From Escherichia coli 042 (GTDB lineage: Bacteria; Pseudomonadota; Gammaproteobacteria; Enterobacterales; Enterobacteriaceae), in the NCBI RefSeq assembly GCF_000027125.1, contig NC_017626.1: a stretch of DNA of 64,000 bases. One strand, written 5' to 3'. Each line of letters starts with the position of its first letter. Within the stretch, counting starts at the first letter, position 1. The notes under the pieces were generated by a model. It had not been told where the DNA came from, made no database searches, and saw nothing but the letters and a program-made list of their open reading frames with translations. This document shows positions 10,517 through 21,056 of the stretch, in pieces. A program made the translations under genes and the position numbers.

Positions 10517-11355
10517 TGGAAACGGCACCCGTGCAGTACGCCATTGTGGATGGCGCTGTGGAGGAAGGATTGCTGGATTTTCTGAACGAGGTGAATCCCC
10601 CGCACTGTTGTCTGTATGCAGAACCCATACAACTGGATCTGGTCGCGCTAGCCCCCTATCTCGTGGAAGTCGTTCCGGAGGTTGAAGCATGGCTGAGTGT
10701 TAAGGCGTCGCCATGGGGAATATATCTGACTTCTGAGTCATCCATGCGTGAGCTACAGCAACACTTCAGACGTTATCTGTGGGTTAGGATCCCCGAACAG
10801 GAGAAACCTGTTCTCATGCGATTTTATGATCCCCGGAATATATGGGTATTAGTGGAAGTTCTGACCCCCCGCCAGCGTCTTTCTTTTATCAGTCCCGTCA
10901 GACAGCTAAGTACCCGTTATGGTGAAGAATGTCGTGAGGATAATTTTTCTTCCGTCCGTCCCGCAGAAACTATGAATATAAGGGCAGAACGGCCATCACA
11001 ACTGACGCTGAGTTACAGACAATATAGCCAACTGGAACGAAAGGCACGGGATAATTATCTTGATATATTATCTGCATTTATCGAAGAAAATGTAGATAAA
11101 AACGGATGGGATGATTCATCAAAAGCTGAATCATCCCGAATTCTGGCAGAAGATTATTTCTCTTTTTGCCAGTCATTAAATATAGCAGATGATCGTTCCG
11201 TCAGAACAATGACGCTTATATTACTGAAAAAAAATATAATCGATCTCAGATATATTCCGGATGACTGGTATGAACAACTCAGCAATCAGTCATACCCGGG
11301 ACATATTCGGGTACATGAACTTGCACAACAGGAACTGGGATTTATCCCACAATAA
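10516..11355 (+). CDS. DUF4123-family T6SS effector adaptor/chaperone
   Basis: Start overlaps the vgrG stop; sequence character (YAIVDGA...LAPYLVE...LMRFYDPRN) matches DUF4123 adaptors that load cargo onto VgrG. Confidence 0.75.
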   Translation: METAPVQYAIVDGAVEEGLLDFLNEVNPPHCCLYAEPIQLDLVALAPYLVEVVPEVEAWLSVKASPWGIYLTSESSMRELQQHFRRYLWVRIPEQEKPVLMRFYDPRNIWVLVEVLTPRQRLSFISPVRQLSTRYGEECREDNFSSVRPAETMNIRAERPSQLTLSYRQYSQLERKARDNYLDILSAFIEENVDKNGWDDSSKAESSRILAEDYFSFCQSLNIADDRSVRTMTLILLKKNIIDLRYIPDDWYEQLSNQSYPGHIRVHELAQQELGFIPQ

Positions 11356-11376
11356 AAAGACAAACGGATAGATTAT

Positions 11377-12948
11377 ATGACATCTCCATCTTCGACAGCC
11401 GGAAAGCCCTGTGTGGAATGCGGCATTCCTGATCCATGTATTTTTGATGTTATTAGTGATTTTCCAGAGGCCGGCGAGAAACATTTCTGGTCAAAAGAAG
11501 GAGTGGCGCGTTTTAAGCTACTGGATGATGGTTCCGGATGTGATGGTATAATTACCATTACCTACCAGTGCGATAAAAGTGGAACACATGAGGCATGGTT
11601 AGAGGAAGAATCAGAAAATAATCATAAGATACTGCAACCTTTCGGAATACCTAATAAGGTCACTTTGGATGATAACTTGTCTGAAGGTGAAATAATTGCT
11701 ATGGGTACATTTCGAGTACCATGGGATTATTTGGGGGCAATATCCTCTCCACTTAAGAATCATTATGAACCTGCCCATTATTCAGTCAGAATTGACAGTT
11801 GTTACGAATGTGGCAATTATGTTGAAATTGATGTTTATCCTACAGTGGAAATTAGGTTTACTACAGGGTTCAGCTATGAGATTTCGTCATCAAAACAGAC
11901 GAGAACAGTAAAAGAGCGGCGTGACGAAAGAATAAAAGCCAGGGACGCAATGGAGAACACCAAGCCCAGGGATAAAAATAAACTCCGTAGCGGCTGGACA
12001 AATACCACTGCTGAGTTTGAGTGGATAAACAAGACTTCCCTGACTGTCGATTTTGGCGTAAAAATAGCTAATGTTGAACACACAAGTGAATATGAAAAAG
12101 AGATAAAAAAACTTCGACAAACAAAGCAACTGGAACAGATAGGAAGAATTGACTCTCTGGTCAAGAATGTCAATAAATATTTTGCGCCAGATCCTGACAA
12201 TAATAATGGTACGCGCAAATATGCATTGTTCAGTGCAAAAATAGAACCCGTTAAACTGGGTATATCGTATGCCTATCAATATACCGATATCCAGGATGGC
12301 CCCTGTCATTTTTATGGTTTGTTTGGTGCCCCATTTTTTGAAGCGTCGTTCAGATTCGATATTATTTCATTTATATGTGCATATTGTAAAGTCGAGTCAT
12401 TGGTCAACAGATGTCGTGAATATCTCCGTAAAAACGGAGCCAGTGTTGAATGCTATATCGAGATTTCAGCGGAGATTAATCTTGATCTTGGCGCAGTATA
12501 CGCTGAAAAGGATAAAAAATGGGAGTTTAATGTAAAGGAAAGTAACATCAAGCTCGGTTTAAAAGGTGTGGTGAGTGCGACGTTTGAGGCGAATGTTTTT
12601 GTTGTACAACTGACCGCCGAAGCGACTGCCTCTATAGAAGCGAAAGCTGGATTTGGATTTGATTCACATGATGACGGACTGGACCTAGCATTATTTCATG
12701 ACGGCATTAAAGGGAAGTTTGAATTTAAGATTGATGTGTCTCATGGTGAAGTTGATGAAAAAGGAAAGGGGAAGGAAAAGAGCGAAAAACCTGAGAAGAA
12801 AGATACCGTTGAGTGGCAGTTATGTGATCCTATGGAGGTAAAGGATTCACCATTACGGGTTAATTTATACGGTAAAGAACGCACTGTGGAGAAAAAAGTA
12901 ACACCGCCGAAGCCAGTGACAACGTGGACGATAGGTATGGATTATTAA
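11377..12948 (+). CDS. Candidate VgrG-delivered T6SS effector, family not recognised
   Basis: 523-aa AT-rich ORF immediately after vgrG and DUF4123; Cys-rich N-terminus (CVECGIPDPC), Lys/Glu-rich C-terminus; no GxSxG or HxKxxxxD motif seen. Confidence 0.45.
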   Translation: MTSPSSTAGKPCVECGIPDPCIFDVISDFPEAGEKHFWSKEGVARFKLLDDGSGCDGIITITYQCDKSGTHEAWLEEESENNHKILQPFGIPNKVTLDDNLSEGEIIAMGTFRVPWDYLGAISSPLKNHYEPAHYSVRIDSCYECGNYVEIDVYPTVEIRFTTGFSYEISSSKQTRTVKERRDERIKARDAMENTKPRDKNKLRSGWTNTTAEFEWINKTSLTVDFGVKIANVEHTSEYEKEIKKLRQTKQLEQIGRIDSLVKNVNKYFAPDPDNNNGTRKYALFSAKIEPVKLGISYAYQYTDIQDGPCHFYGLFGAPFFEASFRFDIISFICAYCKVESLVNRCREYLRKNGASVECYIEISAEINLDLGAVYAEKDKKWEFNVKESNIKLGLKGVVSATFEANVFVVQLTAEATASIEAKAGFGFDSHDDGLDLALFHDGIKGKFEFKIDVSHGEVDEKGKGKEKSEKPEKKDTVEWQLCDPMEVKDSPLRVNLYGKERTVEKKVTPPKPVTTWTIGMDY

Positions 12949-13014
12949 GTGATATTACAGAAATTAAAAGTGAACAGTATAATGAGTATTTTCCCCTTTT
13001 GAGAGAGAATAATT

Positions 13015-14025
13015 ATGAAGGCAAAACATTTAATATCGGTTATTTTACTGTCAGGAGTTGTTATGGGAACTGGATTTTGCTCTAACGATAACCAGCAAAA
13101 AATTCGCAGTAAGTTTAATATTGAAGAGTCATATTGTGCCATTAAGACTAATGGCGTCCTCGGGTTCAGTAACCGAAGAAGTGCCTGGCGGGCAAATGGT
13201 GATTCAACCGGGGCCATATCCAGCACCAATGCCATGATGCTGATGGCGAATGGAGAAAATGAAATCAGTCTGGAGATTGGGGCATTAGGATGGTTTTCTG
13301 ACAAGCCTGCCAGTATGGAAGAACGGGGGCGTTTTTTTCCAAAAGCAGGATGCAGCCTGGATTTGGTTCGTTTTATTAAACAGGAGGAAACGCTGCTTTC
13401 TTCAATAAAAGTGACCATCAACCAGCAGGGCATACCTGAAGCCCGGCCAGACAGCGTGCATCCCGTTATCCGGAAAGAGATTTTGGCTGAGCAGGCGGAG
13501 CCAGGATTTATTGATCCAGATTATTTTGATGAAACCTATTTCCCGAAAGGGATGAAGGTGTATCAGTTCACTCAAAAAGTTACCGTGACAGGGCTTCCTG
13601 AATGGGCCTGGACGCGGGCAACCCCCTATACCGGAAGCGACGAGCAGTTACGGAAGTTAAAAGCCGCCTATACCGAAATGGCAAGCATCATCAGTAGCCG
13701 GGACAGGGCACGTCTGAAAGCTTATAACAAAGAGGCGCTGAAGGCATGGTCAGCCACAACCGGTGACTCTGAGGATGACATATTACTCTCACTCTTCTCA
13801 AAAGATAATGTGGAGGGAGGGAAAGCCAGAATGCAGCCCATCAGGTGGGACGATTATGCCGTCCGGGTTATGAATGGTGGACGTATGGTGCAGCTATATA
13901 ATAAATCGAAACCAATATATTCCCCACTGACTTACCGTTTTACAGATGAAAGTGGTGAAGAGCGTATGGGGTATTACGCTCCGGTATTTTCGCTGATTGA
14001 TGGTCAGTTTATCCCTGTTACTTGA
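13015..14025 (+). CDS. Exported protein, candidate cognate immunity protein
   Basis: 336-aa ORF with N-terminal signal peptide and a Cys after the hydrophobic core (MGTGFC); sits directly downstream of the candidate effector. Confidence 0.4.
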   Translation: MKAKHLISVILLSGVVMGTGFCSNDNQQKIRSKFNIEESYCAIKTNGVLGFSNRRSAWRANGDSTGAISSTNAMMLMANGENEISLEIGALGWFSDKPASMEERGRFFPKAGCSLDLVRFIKQEETLLSSIKVTINQQGIPEARPDSVHPVIRKEILAEQAEPGFIDPDYFDETYFPKGMKVYQFTQKVTVTGLPEWAWTRATPYTGSDEQLRKLKAAYTEMASIISSRDRARLKAYNKEALKAWSATTGDSEDDILLSLFSKDNVEGGKARMQPIRWDDYAVRVMNGGRMVQLYNKSKPIYSPLTYRFTDESGEERMGYYAPVFSLIDGQFIPVT

Positions 14026-14054
14026 TTAACCTGTTGGGCTACAAATCAGGATGT

Positions 14055-14098
14055 CCGGTAAGGTGATTATTACTGAGTTAAGCACCTTACCGTTTTTT
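14055..14098 (+). terminator. Rho-independent terminator after the effector/immunity pair
   Basis: Stem CCGGTAAGGTG / CACCTTACCG followed by TTTTTT. Confidence 0.55.
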
Positions 14099-14334
14099 AA
14101 ATTTTTTGTCGCTGATATTCCAGACAGGAAAACAATATGCCTTTAGCTGCCAGATTAAACGACAAAGGTACCGGCACAGGGAAAGATCACGTAACGCTGC
14201 TTTTTTGTACTAAATAATTCGCATTTTATGTTTAAAATTTGAGATATTCCTCATTACCTGAGGCTGTTTTTTATTACTTATACATGATCAAATACTCCTT
14301 ACATAATTAAGGGGAACAAAATGGAACTTAAAAA

Positions 14335-15262
14335 TTGATGGAACATATTTCTGTTATTCCCGATTACAGACAAGCCTGGAAAGTGGAACATAAATTGTCG
14401 GATATTCTACTGTTGACTATTTGTGCCGTTATTTCGGGTGCAGAAGGTTGGGAAGATATAGAGGATTTTGGGGAAACACATCTCGATTTTTTAAAACAAT
14501 ACGGTGATTTTGAAAATGGTATTCCTGTTCACGATACCATCGCCAGAGTTGTATCCTGTATCAGTCCTGCAAAATTTCACGAGTGCTTTATTAACTGGAT
14601 GCGAGATTGCCATACTTCAGATGATAAAGACGTCATCGCAATTGATGGAAAAACGCTCCGGCACTCTTATGACAAGAGTCGCCGCAGGGGAGCGATTCAT
14701 GTCATTAGTGCGTTCTCAACAATGCACAGCCTGGTCATCGGACAGATCAAGACGGATGAGAAATCCAATGAGATTACAGCTATCCCAGAACTTCTTAACA
14801 TGCTGGATATTAAAGGAAAAATCATCACAACTGATGCGATGGGTTGCCAGAAAGATATTGCAGAGAAGATACAAAAACAGGGCGGTGATTATTTATTCGC
14901 TGTAAAAGGAAATCAGGGGCGGCTTAATAAAGCCTTTGAGGAAAAATTCCCACTGAAAGAATTAAATAATCCAGAGCATGACAGTTACGCAATGAGTGAA
15001 AAGAGTCACGGCAGAGAAGAAATCCGTCTTCATATTGTTTGCGATGTCCCTGATGAACTTATTGATTTCACGTTTGAATGGAAAGGACTGAAGAAATTAT
15101 GCGTGGCAGTCTCCTTTCGGTCCATAATAGCAGAACAAAAGAAAGAGCCAGAAATGACGGTCAGATATTATATCAGTTCTGCTGATTTAACCGCAGAGAA
15201 GTTCGCCACAGCAATCCGAAACCACTGGCACGTGGAGAATAAGCTGCACTGGCGTCTGGACG
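14335..15262 (+). CDS. ISAs1-family transposase, exon 1 (reading frame interrupted by the group II intron)
   Basis: Near-identical to the intact copy-B transposase up to ...HWRLD; one base fewer than copy B in the A-run near the start codon region. Confidence 0.8.
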
Positions 15263-17153
15263 GTGTGCCGCAGGAACACAAGATAGCTGCATAAGGATAC
15301 GCAGTTAGCTTTTGTATAAGCTCATAAAGAGATGGTGGAAGGCCCACCGGGATCGGCTGTCGGAAGCAGATTCCAAACCACTTCATGCTGCTGTGGTAAA
15401 GAGCCATGGTAGTGAGCGATGAAGTAAAGCGTGAGTGAAAACTCAGCAGGTAAGATACTCATGAGACGAGTGAACCCGAACCCATGTTGACGCGTCGTAA
15501 ACCAGAGACTGACATCAAAACCGAAGGGGCGTCCAGCCTTCGGGATAAGTCTGCGAGTGAATTCCGAATGCTGCGCAGACGGTGTCCGGCGTAAAGTGGG
15601 CGTGACGGAGTATCAGGCTCTTCCTGGGAACTGCGGGAACCTGTCGTTGTGATGATAAGGGAGAAATGCAAGTCACTGAATTGGCGAGCATGAAAGTACC
15701 GATGCACAGCACAGGGACGGAGCCGTTCGTAGTAGTGATGAAGCTTCTGTAATGGAGGTGGAGCGAAGGGGCGGCATCAGACAGTCTTTGGACAGTGTTC
15801 AACTGAACATGTTCAGGAGGAGACAATGACAAAGACAAAAGCGTTTAACATTGATAAGTCACTGGTGGTCAGCGCGTACAGGCGAGTGAAGACCAGTGCA
15901 GGCGCGGCGGGAATTGATAAGCAATCGCTGGCGGACTTTGATAAACGGTTAGTTGATAATCTGTACAAAATCTGGAACCGACTTTCTTCAGGAAGTTATT
16001 TCCCACCGGCAGTGAAAGCGGTGGCAATTCCGAAGAAATTGGGTGGAGAGAGAATTCTGGGTATCCCGACAGTCAGCGATCGTATCGCGCAGACGGTGGT
16101 AAAACTGGCCTTTGAGCCACAGGTTGAGCCACATTTTCTGGCAGACTCTTACGGCTACAGACCGAATAAATCGGCACTGGATGCTATAGGGGTAACGCGT
16201 AAGCGTTGCTGGTATTACGACTGGGTACTGGAATTTGACATCAAAGGGCTGTTCGATAACATCCCGCACGAACTGATAATGAAAGCCGTGGACAAACACA
16301 ATCCGGCCCGGTGGGTAAAATTGTATATACAGCGGTGGCTGACAGCGCCGATGGTGATGTCAGACGGAGAAGTCAGAGCACGAACAATGGGAACGCCGCA
16401 GGGAGGTGTCATAAGTCCGTTGCTGGCAAACCTGTTCATGCATTATGTGTTTGATAAATGGCTGGCAAAATATTATCCGAAAGTGCCGTGGTATCGATAT
16501 GCTGATGATGGCATTTTGCATTGTCACAGCGAAGCAGAAGCGACTGAAATGCGAGAAGTATTACGCAAAAGATTTAGCGAATGCGGACTGGAAATGCATC
16601 CGGAGAAAACGCGAGTTATCTACTGCAAAGATGGAAGCCGGAAGGGTGATTATGAACATACCATGTTCGACTTTCTGGGGTACACATTCAGGCGACGCGT
16701 AGTAAAGAACGTTAAGCGAAACAGTCTGTTTGTAAGTTTTACCCCCGCAGCGAGCAAATCAGCGCTAAAGGCAATGCGTCGGGAAATCAAAGCGACAGGG
16801 ATAAGGAAAAGAGTGGATTTAAGCATTGAGCAGATAGCGAAATGGATAAATCCAAAACTGAATGGCTGGATAAATTATTACGGGCGATATACCTGTTCGG
16901 AATTATACAGCGTGTTCAGATATATCAATAAAGCACTGGTGAGGTGGGGGCGTAAGAAATATAAAATGCTCAGCCGATACAAGACAAGAGCCTCAAAATT
17001 TCTGGAAGAAATGGCGAAGCGAAGTCCACAGTTGTTTGCCCACTGGCGTCTGAAGATGAGAGGCGGACTTGTTTGATGGGAGCGGTATGAGCCGAGAGGT
17101 TCACGTACCGTTCTGCGAGAGGCTGCGGGGGAGGTTCCTGCGGCCTACTCACC
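15263..17153 (+). mobile_element. Group II intron, same orientation as the host transposase gene
   Basis: Exactly fills the gap between the copy-A junction CTGGACG|TGGTAATG and the uninterrupted copy B; starts GTGTG; encodes an RT/maturase; a domain V-like hairpin (GAGCCGAGAGGTTCACGTACCGTTC) lies near the 3' end. Confidence 0.8.
15826..17076 (+). CDS. Group II intron-encoded reverse transcriptase/maturase
   Basis: 416-aa ORF with RT motifs ([10 protein letters not shown], the YADD box in [12 protein letters not shown]) and a C-terminal maturase-like region. Confidence 0.9.
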   Translation: MTKTKAFNIDKSLVVSAYRRVKTSAGAAGIDKQSLADFDKRLVDNLYKIWNRLSSGSYFPPAVKAVAIPKKLGGERILGIPTVSDRIAQTVVKLAFEPQVEPHFLADSYGYRPNKSALDAIGVTRKRCWYYDWVLEFDIKGLFDNIPHELIMKAVDKHNPARWVKLYIQRWLTAPMVMSDGEVRARTMGTPQGGVISPLLANLFMHYVFDKWLAKYYPKVPWYRYADDGILHCHSEAEATEMREVLRKRFSECGLEMHPEKTRVIYCKDGSRKGDYEHTMFDFLGYTFRRRVVKNVKRNSLFVSFTPAASKSALKAMRREIKATGIRKRVDLSIEQIAKWINPKLNGWINYYGRYTCSELYSVFRYINKALVRWGRKKYKMLSRYKTRASKFLEEMAKRSPQLFAHWRLKMRGGLV

Positions 17154-17347
17154 TGGTAATGAATGAAGACGACTGCAAAATAAGAAGAGGAAATGCAGCA
17201 GAATTATTTTCAGGGATACGGCACATCGCTATTAATATTTTGACGAATGATAAGGTATTCAAGGCAGGGTTAAGACGTAAGATGCGAAAAGCAGCCATGG
17301 ACAGAAACTATCTGGCGTCAGTCCTTGCGGGGTGCGGGCTTTCGTAA
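17154..17347 (+). CDS. ISAs1-family transposase, exon 2 (C-terminal segment)
   Basis: Translation [64 protein letters not shown] matches the C-terminus of copy B. Confidence 0.75.
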
Positions 17348-17378
17348 TCTTTCCCTGGATGTGAAAAGCAGCTGCGGA

Positions 17379-18669
17379 CAGGGAAAGATCATCAGAAGTA
17401 CACTTTTTGTACTAAACAATTCGCATTTTATGTTTAAAAATTGAGATATTCCTCATTACCTGAAGCTGTTTTTTATTGCTTATACATGATCAAATACTCC
17501 TTACATAATTAAGGAGAACAAAATGGAACTTAAAAAATTGATGGAGCATATTTCTATTATCCCCGATTACAGACAAGCCTGGAAAGTGGAACATAAATTA
17601 TCGGATATTCTACTGTTGACTATTTGTGCCGTTATTTCTGGTGCAGAAGGTTGGGAAGATATAGAGGATTTTGGGGAAACACATCTCGATTTTTTGAAGC
17701 AATATGGTGATTTTGATAATGGTATTCCTGTTCACGATACCATTGCCAGAGTTGTATCCTGTATCAGTCCTGCAAAATTTCACGAGTGCTTTATTAACTG
17801 GATGCGTGACTGCCATTCTTCAGATGATAAAGACGTCATTGCAATTGATGGAAAAACGCTCCGACACTCTTATGACAAGAGTCGCCGCAGGGGAGCGATT
17901 CATGTCATTAGTGCGTTCTCAACAATGCACAGCCTGGTCATCGGACAGATCAGGACGGATGAGAAATCTAATGAGATTACAGCTATCCCTGAACTTATTA
18001 ACATGCTGGATATTAAAGGAAAAATCATCACAACTGATGCGATGGGTTGCCAGAAAGATATTGCAGAGAAGATACAAAAACAGGGAGGTGATTATTTATT
18101 CGCTGTAAAAGGAAACCAGGGGCGGCTAAATAAAGCCTTCGAGGAAAAATTTCTGCTGAAAGAATTAAATAATCCAGAGCATGACAGTTACGCAATTAGT
18201 GAAAAGAGTCACGGCAGAGAAGAAATCCGTCTTCACATTGTTTGCGATGTCCCTGATGAACTTATTGATTTCACGTTTGAATGGAAAGGTCTGAAGAAAT
18301 TATGCGTGGCAGTCTCCTTTCGGTCAATAATAGCAGAACAAAAGAAAGAGCCCCAAATGACGGTCAGATATTATATCAGTTCTGCTGATTTAACCGCAGA
18401 GAAGTTCGCCACAGCAATCCGAAACCACTGGCACGTGGAGAATAAGCTGCACTGGCGTCTGGACGTGGTAATGAATGAAGACGACTGCAAAATAAGAAGA
18501 GGAAACGCAGCAGAATTATTTTCAGGGATACGGCACATTGCTATTAATATTTTGACGAATGATAAGGTATTCAAGGCAGGGTTAAGACGTAAGATGCGAA
18601 AAGCAGCCATGGACAGAAACTACCTGGCGTCAGTCCTTGCGGGGAGCGGGCTTTCGTAATCTTGCCCTG
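17379..18669 (+). mobile_element. ISAs1-family (H-repeat) insertion sequence, copy B (intact)
   Basis: Same terminal inverted repeats as copy A; single uninterrupted transposase ORF. Confidence 0.8.
17523..18659 (+). CDS. ISAs1-family (H-repeat-associated) transposase
   Basis: 378-aa ORF; recognised H-repeat protein family. Confidence 0.9.
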   Translation: MELKKLMEHISIIPDYRQAWKVEHKLSDILLLTICAVISGAEGWEDIEDFGETHLDFLKQYGDFDNGIPVHDTIARVVSCISPAKFHECFINWMRDCHSSDDKDVIAIDGKTLRHSYDKSRRRGAIHVISAFSTMHSLVIGQIRTDEKSNEITAIPELINMLDIKGKIITTDAMGCQKDIAEKIQKQGGDYLFAVKGNQGRLNKAFEEKFLLKELNNPEHDSYAISEKSHGREEIRLHIVCDVPDELIDFTFEWKGLKKLCVAVSFRSIIAEQKKEPQMTVRYYISSADLTAEKFATAIRNHWHVENKLHWRLDVVMNEDDCKIRRGNAAELFSGIRHIAINILTNDKVFKAGLRRKMRKAAMDRNYLASVLAGSGLS

Positions 18670-18778
18670 GTACAGTAAACAAACGAAAGTTGTTATTTCA
18701 ATGGTCAGGGCAAGAGCATGAAGTGTTTACTACACACTATGCTCTTGTCCTGGAGTCAGGTCTTGTTTGGAGGGATAA

Positions 18779-19282
18779 ATGGTAGATATTGTCGAGGCCG
18801 ATAAAACGGATATTTATTTCATTCAGGAGAGTGTTTATGGCAAAATCGGGTTGCCAGCTTTTGGTAATACAATAGGACCATCCGCACAGCAAGTTGTTAA
18901 AAAGGTATTCGCTGTCGTTAAAGAACGAGATAAGACACATGCAAAACAGAGATTATTGTTGGAATATAATGGTAACAAACTCTGGATGAATGCTATTGAT
19001 GGCAGTGAAGCTATCCTACCAACAGAATTTTCTAAGCGATACGAACTTTCATTATTTAATACTACTAATTTTGGAGAAGATCCTTTTCCTGATGTTAATT
19101 TATATAATAATATGAAATCAAGTTTTTTTGTAAGGTTTGGTGGAACATCCCATCCCGAGGCTTGGGCTATTTATAATGCAAGTACGAAAGAGGTTAAATA
19201 TATAGAAACTGCAAGAGAAATTGATAAAATATTCAGTGATTTTAACTTGAGTGGTACATTGCCAATTCACATTGGTCGATGA
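18779..19282 (+). CDS. Hypothetical protein (AT-rich orphan ORF)
   Basis: 167-aa ORF in a low-GC segment between the IS copies and the IS remnant; no recognisable motif. Confidence 0.3.
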   Translation: MVDIVEADKTDIYFIQESVYGKIGLPAFGNTIGPSAQQVVKKVFAVVKERDKTHAKQRLLLEYNGNKLWMNAIDGSEAILPTEFSKRYELSLFNTTNFGEDPFPDVNLYNNMKSSFFVRFGGTSHPEAWAIYNASTKEVKYIETAREIDKIFSDFNLSGTLPIHIGR

Positions 19283-19348
19283 TTTTTTAAATTGTGTGAT
19301 TAAATAATTGAACATTAATGATGATTTATAGCATTATTATTCTATAAC

Positions 19349-19861
19349 ATGAATAAACGGATTGAATGTGTTATGTTAAAAATAAGTTTATACGTAATAA
19401 TATTGTTATTTTCCTTTCAGATTAGTGCAGCCATTACTAGCAAGGAAAGTGAGGTTGTTTCACCATTATTAATGGATGTTAATTCTTCACTAACAATGGA
19501 AAATATTTCTGAATTATCCACATCATCGGAACCATCGCAACAGGGGGTATTTCCTGTAATATGTACTCGACTTCATCCTGGCTCCGTAATGAAACGCCAG
19601 TTATTAACCGGCTGGGGGCCTGTTTTTATAATTGGTGATGATCCTTTTTCTCTGCGCTGGATGAGTGAACATCTGGAGATCCTTAAATCGCTAAATGCCC
19701 TTGGTTTGGTTGTTAATGTTGAATCAGTAGAACGAATGGAGGTATTACAGCAGCGGGCTGATGGGTTATTGTTATTGCCAGTTATCTGCGATAATTTCGT
19801 GCAAACTCTGCAATTAAATGCTTATCCGGTATTAATCACAGAGATGGAAATATCACAATGA
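19349..19861 (+). CDS. Hypothetical secreted protein; C-terminal motif resembles an integrating-conjugative-element protein family
   Basis: 170-aa ORF with N-terminal signal peptide; FIIGDD...GLVVNVESVE...YPVLIT recalled as typical of the PFL_4695-type ICE protein family (from memory, unverified). Confidence 0.35.
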   Translation: MNKRIECVMLKISLYVIILLFSFQISAAITSKESEVVSPLLMDVNSSLTMENISELSTSSEPSQQGVFPVICTRLHPGSVMKRQLLTGWGPVFIIGDDPFSLRWMSEHLEILKSLNALGLVVNVESVERMEVLQQRADGLLLLPVICDNFVQTLQLNAYPVLITEMEISQ

Positions 19862-19889
19862 TTAATAACATAATTACTGCAAATAATAT

Positions 19890-20105
19890 CGTAATTTTGA
19901 AAATGGTAATCCTGTTCACGGCACCATAATTAGAGTTATGTCTTGTATCCGTTCAGTATAATTTCACGAATGCTTTATTAACTGGATGCGAGATTGCCAT
20001 TCATCAAATGATAAAGACGTCATCGCAATTGATGGAAAAGCGCTTCCACACTCCTATGATAAAAGTGGTCGCAGGGGAGCGGGCTTTCGTAGTCTTAGCC
20101 CGACT
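19890..20105 (+). mobile_element. Internally deleted ISAs1-family remnant
   Basis: Transposase codons about 60-120 (ENGNPVHGTI...[24 protein letters not shown]) fused directly to the IS right end CGGGCTTTCGTAGTCTTAGCCCG. Confidence 0.6.
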
Positions 20106-20132
20106 CTCCCCGGCCCTAAACACAACACCCAC

Positions 20133-20912
20133 TCACCACAACCTAAACTCATCCGCATCCCGCCATGCCGGAAACTTTTCTCTATATTCCCGCAATGCCG
20201 CCATCGACAGCTCCGCATCAATGCGCGTTGCCTGATGCGCGTCGGCGGTGGCGATAATCTCGCCCTGTGGATTAATCACCCGGCTGTCACCGCGATAATG
20301 GCAGCCGTTGCCATCGCTGCCGACGCGATTGCATCCCGCCACATACGCTTGATTCTCAATCGCGCGGGCCGTCAGCAATGCCTGCCAGTGCAGAGAGCGC
20401 GGAGCCGGCCAGTTGGCGACGTACAGGGCGAGGTCGTAATCGTTGAGATTGCGCGACCACACAGGAAAACGTAAGTCGTAGCACACCAGCGGCAAAATAC
20501 GCCAGCCGCGCCATTCCACAATCACTCGCGCATTGCCCGCTTTATAATGCAGATGCTCATCTGCCATGCGGAACAGATGACGCTTATCATAAAAATGTAC
20601 CGTGCCGCCTGGCTCAACCAGCAAAAAGCGGTTAACCGAACCAGACTCCGTTTGTAATGCAACACTGCCTGCAATCAGCGCATTGCACTGCTGCGCTTTG
20701 GCTGTCATCCAGTTCACTACGTCATCTTGTGCTAGCGACGAAGCTGCCGCTTCCATGGCAAAGCCGCTGGTAAACATCTCCGGTAGAACGATCACATCGC
20801 GTCCGGTAATATCTTCCAGTTGACGATCAAAATGACGCAGGTTGGCAGGACCATCCATCCACACCAGTGGTTGCTGCAAAAGCGTAATCTTCAAACCAGG
20901 CACGGTGTACAA
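20133..20912 (-). CDS. yafV: Omega-amidase / carbon-nitrogen hydrolase family protein YafV
   Basis: 259-aa ORF recognised as E. coli YafV (nitrilase-superfamily). Confidence 0.9.
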   Translation of the reverse strand: MYTVPGLKITLLQQPLVWMDGPANLRHFDRQLEDITGRDVIVLPEMFTSGFAMEAAASSLAQDDVVNWMTAKAQQCNALIAGSVALQTESGSVNRFLLVEPGGTVHFYDKRHLFRMADEHLHYKAGNARVIVEWRGWRILPLVCYDLRFPVWSRNLNDYDLALYVANWPAPRSLHWQALLTARAIENQAYVAGCNRVGSDGNGCHYRGDSRVINPQGEIIATADAHQATRIDAELSMAALREYREKFPAWRDADEFRLW

Positions 20913-21056
20913 CTCCTTTATGCGAAGGGTTTTATAACTTTAACACCTTATCAGGCAGTTGCCTTAGCGCAGAATAAATTGATAACAAATGCTGATATTG
21001 GAAATATCTGATTTGCAAATTATCGTGTTATCGCCAGGCTTTAGGAGGTTAATAAC

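Larger units (their letters stand above)
14177..17357 (+). mobile_element. ISAs1-family (H-repeat) insertion sequence, copy A, carrying a group II intron
   Basis: Ends CAGGGAAAGATCA ... TAATCTTTCCCTG form terminal inverted repeats; about 1290 bp without the intron; near-identical to copy B. Confidence 0.8.

Noticed and set aside
19986-20474. 162-aa plus-strand ORF starting [18 protein letters not shown]
   Set aside because: A chimera of the ISAs1 remnant and sequence antisense to yafV, not a real gene.
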